Assembly: GCA_964276515.1 (NCBI GenBank) | Contig: OZ193909.1 | Coordinates: forward strand, 14,942,001-15,006,000 | DNA: 64,000 nucleotides | From: Gordius albopunctatus | Lineage: Eukaryota | Reading direction: 5' to 3' | In this document: in pieces, positions 62,574 through 64,000 of the stretch | Layout: each line of letters opens with the position of its first letter | Position numbering within the stretch: position 1 is the first letter of the stretch | Translations under genes and position numbers: made by a program | The notes under the pieces: model-generated | What the model saw: only the letters and a program-made list of their open reading frames with translations | What the model was told of the DNA's origin: nothing | Databases searched by the model: none

Positions 62574-63686
62574 TCACCCAGTGAGCATGTAGACATAGTG
62601 CGTGAGGATCCCTAAGCACTTTTGGGTAACCAGAGGGTGAGGAGCCTTCTTTTCAATTAGGAAGTGGTTAAGTATTTGCGTGGCAGCGTCGATTTTGCTT
62701 ACGAATTTCGAATTTACCTCGAGGGACTGTGATTCTAGATTGACATTTATGCCCAAATAGTCCATGATAGTGCGGGGGACCAAGCATGATTTGTTGCGGT
62801 TGATAGTTAGATTCCAACACTTTGCAAGGTACAAGAATCTCCTAGTATCTGCTAGGACCAGTGTATCGGAGGGCCCATATATTAGGATGTCGTCCAAATA
62901 CACGTTGTATTTGGATTTTGTAATGGATTTTTTGCAGAGATCGAGCATGACCTGTTGTAATACGAATGGAGAAAAACCTGCACCCATGGGTATAACTTTG
63001 TATGCATATTTACGACGTCGGTACCGGAACCCGAAGAATTTGGCCGAGTCCGGTGCCAGAGGAATGGAGAAAAAGGCTGCTTTCATGTCAATCTTCGTCA
63101 TGTATTTCGCCTCAGAAAGTGATGAAGCAATGAGCGGGATTGACTTAAGTGAGAAGGGATATTTAACGAAGTTTTTGGATATTTGTGATAAATCCGCAAT
63201 TAGTCGTGGTGAACCATCGCTTTTAGGAATAAAGTACATGGGGGAAGGAATGGTTCCAGGGTTCTCACGGACAATGTTTGACAGAATAATTTCGTCGACC
63301 AGCGGCTTATGTTCCCGGGGGATTGCTTTAACGTATCTGGGGACATGATATCTGCCGTGATTGTCAACGATGGCTTTGCGAGATAATTTCGGTTCGAACC
63401 CATATTTCGCGATCCTTAGGGTAAAATTGCTTTGCAGCCTATGGGGTTTCAAGATTGTTGTGCGTAGAGATGTAAAGTTGCTATTATGCTCCAACTTGGA
63501 CGGAGCATAATAGCTACCATATGTGCTTGGACGCATAAGCTCTGTCATCAAGAGGGGTAAAATGCTTAAGAGGTTAAGTTGTAACAGCAAATACAAGCTC
63601 AAGCAGAAGGAATGAGGCGGGATCAACAACTTTAAATAAAAGTAGTTTTGTGCGAGCAATTGCTGATTAGCAAGCTGCTCATCCAT
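62574..63686 (-). CDS. Second copy of the RNase-H-less reverse transcriptase
   Basis: Same protein as 60042-61154 except Y>H near the C-terminus. Confidence 0.85.
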   Translation of the reverse strand: MDEQLANQQLLAQNYFYLKLLIPPHSFCLSLYLLLQLNLLSILPLLMTELMRPSTYGSYYAPSKLEHNSNFTSLRTTILKPHRLQSNFTLRIAKYGFEPKLSRKAIVDNHGRYHVPRYVKAIPREHKPLVDEIILSNIVRENPGTIPSPMYFIPKSDGSPRLIADLSQISKNFVKYPFSLKSIPLIASSLSEAKYMTKIDMKAAFFSIPLAPDSAKFFGFRYRRRKYAYKVIPMGAGFSPFVLQQVMLDLCKKSITKSKYNVYLDDILIYGPSDTLVLADTRRFLYLAKCWNLTINRNKSCLVPRTIMDYLGINVNLESQSLEVNSKFVSKIDAATQILNHFLIEKKAPHPLVTQKCLGILTHYVYMLTG

Positions 63687-64000
63687 TTTGCTCAACGAAT
63701 GTGTTAATTAATTATGTGACATATCGCAATTAATCTGCTCAGCAAATGTATTGGAATGGTGGAAAATGAATGAGACACGCTTTCCGACACTCAGCAAAAT
63801 GGCTAGAGACTATTTAGGGCAGTCCACCACTTCAGTTCCGGGTGAACGAATGTTTTCCTTGGCAGGAAATATTTTTACAGCTAGAAGAAATCGGTTGTCC
63901 TCAAATACGATTACCCAAATTATGTGTTTAAAGTCTTGGGGAAATGTTAATTTAAAATAATATTGTAATTTATGTGTATTTTTGGTGACATTTAATAAAA

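Larger units (their letters stand above)
59531..64000 (+). repeat. Tandem duplication, period 2532 bp (59531-62062 repeated from 62063 to window end)
   Basis: All ORFs recur offset by 2532 nt with a few substitutions. Confidence 0.95.

Overview
AT-rich eukaryotic (invertebrate-animal-like) genomic DNA dominated by nested transposable elements. It holds three compact host genes with introns mostly ~30-45 nt: MRPS34 (32.3-32.9 kb, -), a Trm9/TRMT9B-type tRNA methyltransferase (41.5-42.5 kb, -) and GET3/ASNA1 (57.3-58.6 kb, +). Most unusual: (1) Two distinct Ty3/Gypsy LTR retrotransposons (301-10933, degenerate; 17807-23681, intact with apparently identical LTRs) have no recognisable capsid domain. 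Their gag slot encodes only a hydrophobic helix plus a CCHC zinc knuckle. In the intact copy this ORF joins pol through an in-frame UGA-CUAG readthrough-type stop. Both carry a probably spliced Cys/His-rich ORF after pol. (2) An ~2 kb ambisense cassette (59.2-61.2 kb, tandemly duplicated with a 2532-bp period) pairs an RNase-H-less reverse transcriptase with hepadnavirus/DIRS-like motifs, tail-to-tail, with a Gag-like ORF. (3) The first LTR element contains a 2.7-kb internal inverted duplication inside a single TSD. (4) A Gypsy relic has captured a processed kinesin light chain mRNA. (5) A CRE-clade non-LTR element is flanked by a ~175-bp duplication. (6) A hAT transposon has its right end inverted together with its TSD. 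All family calls come from visual motif recognition; no searches were run.
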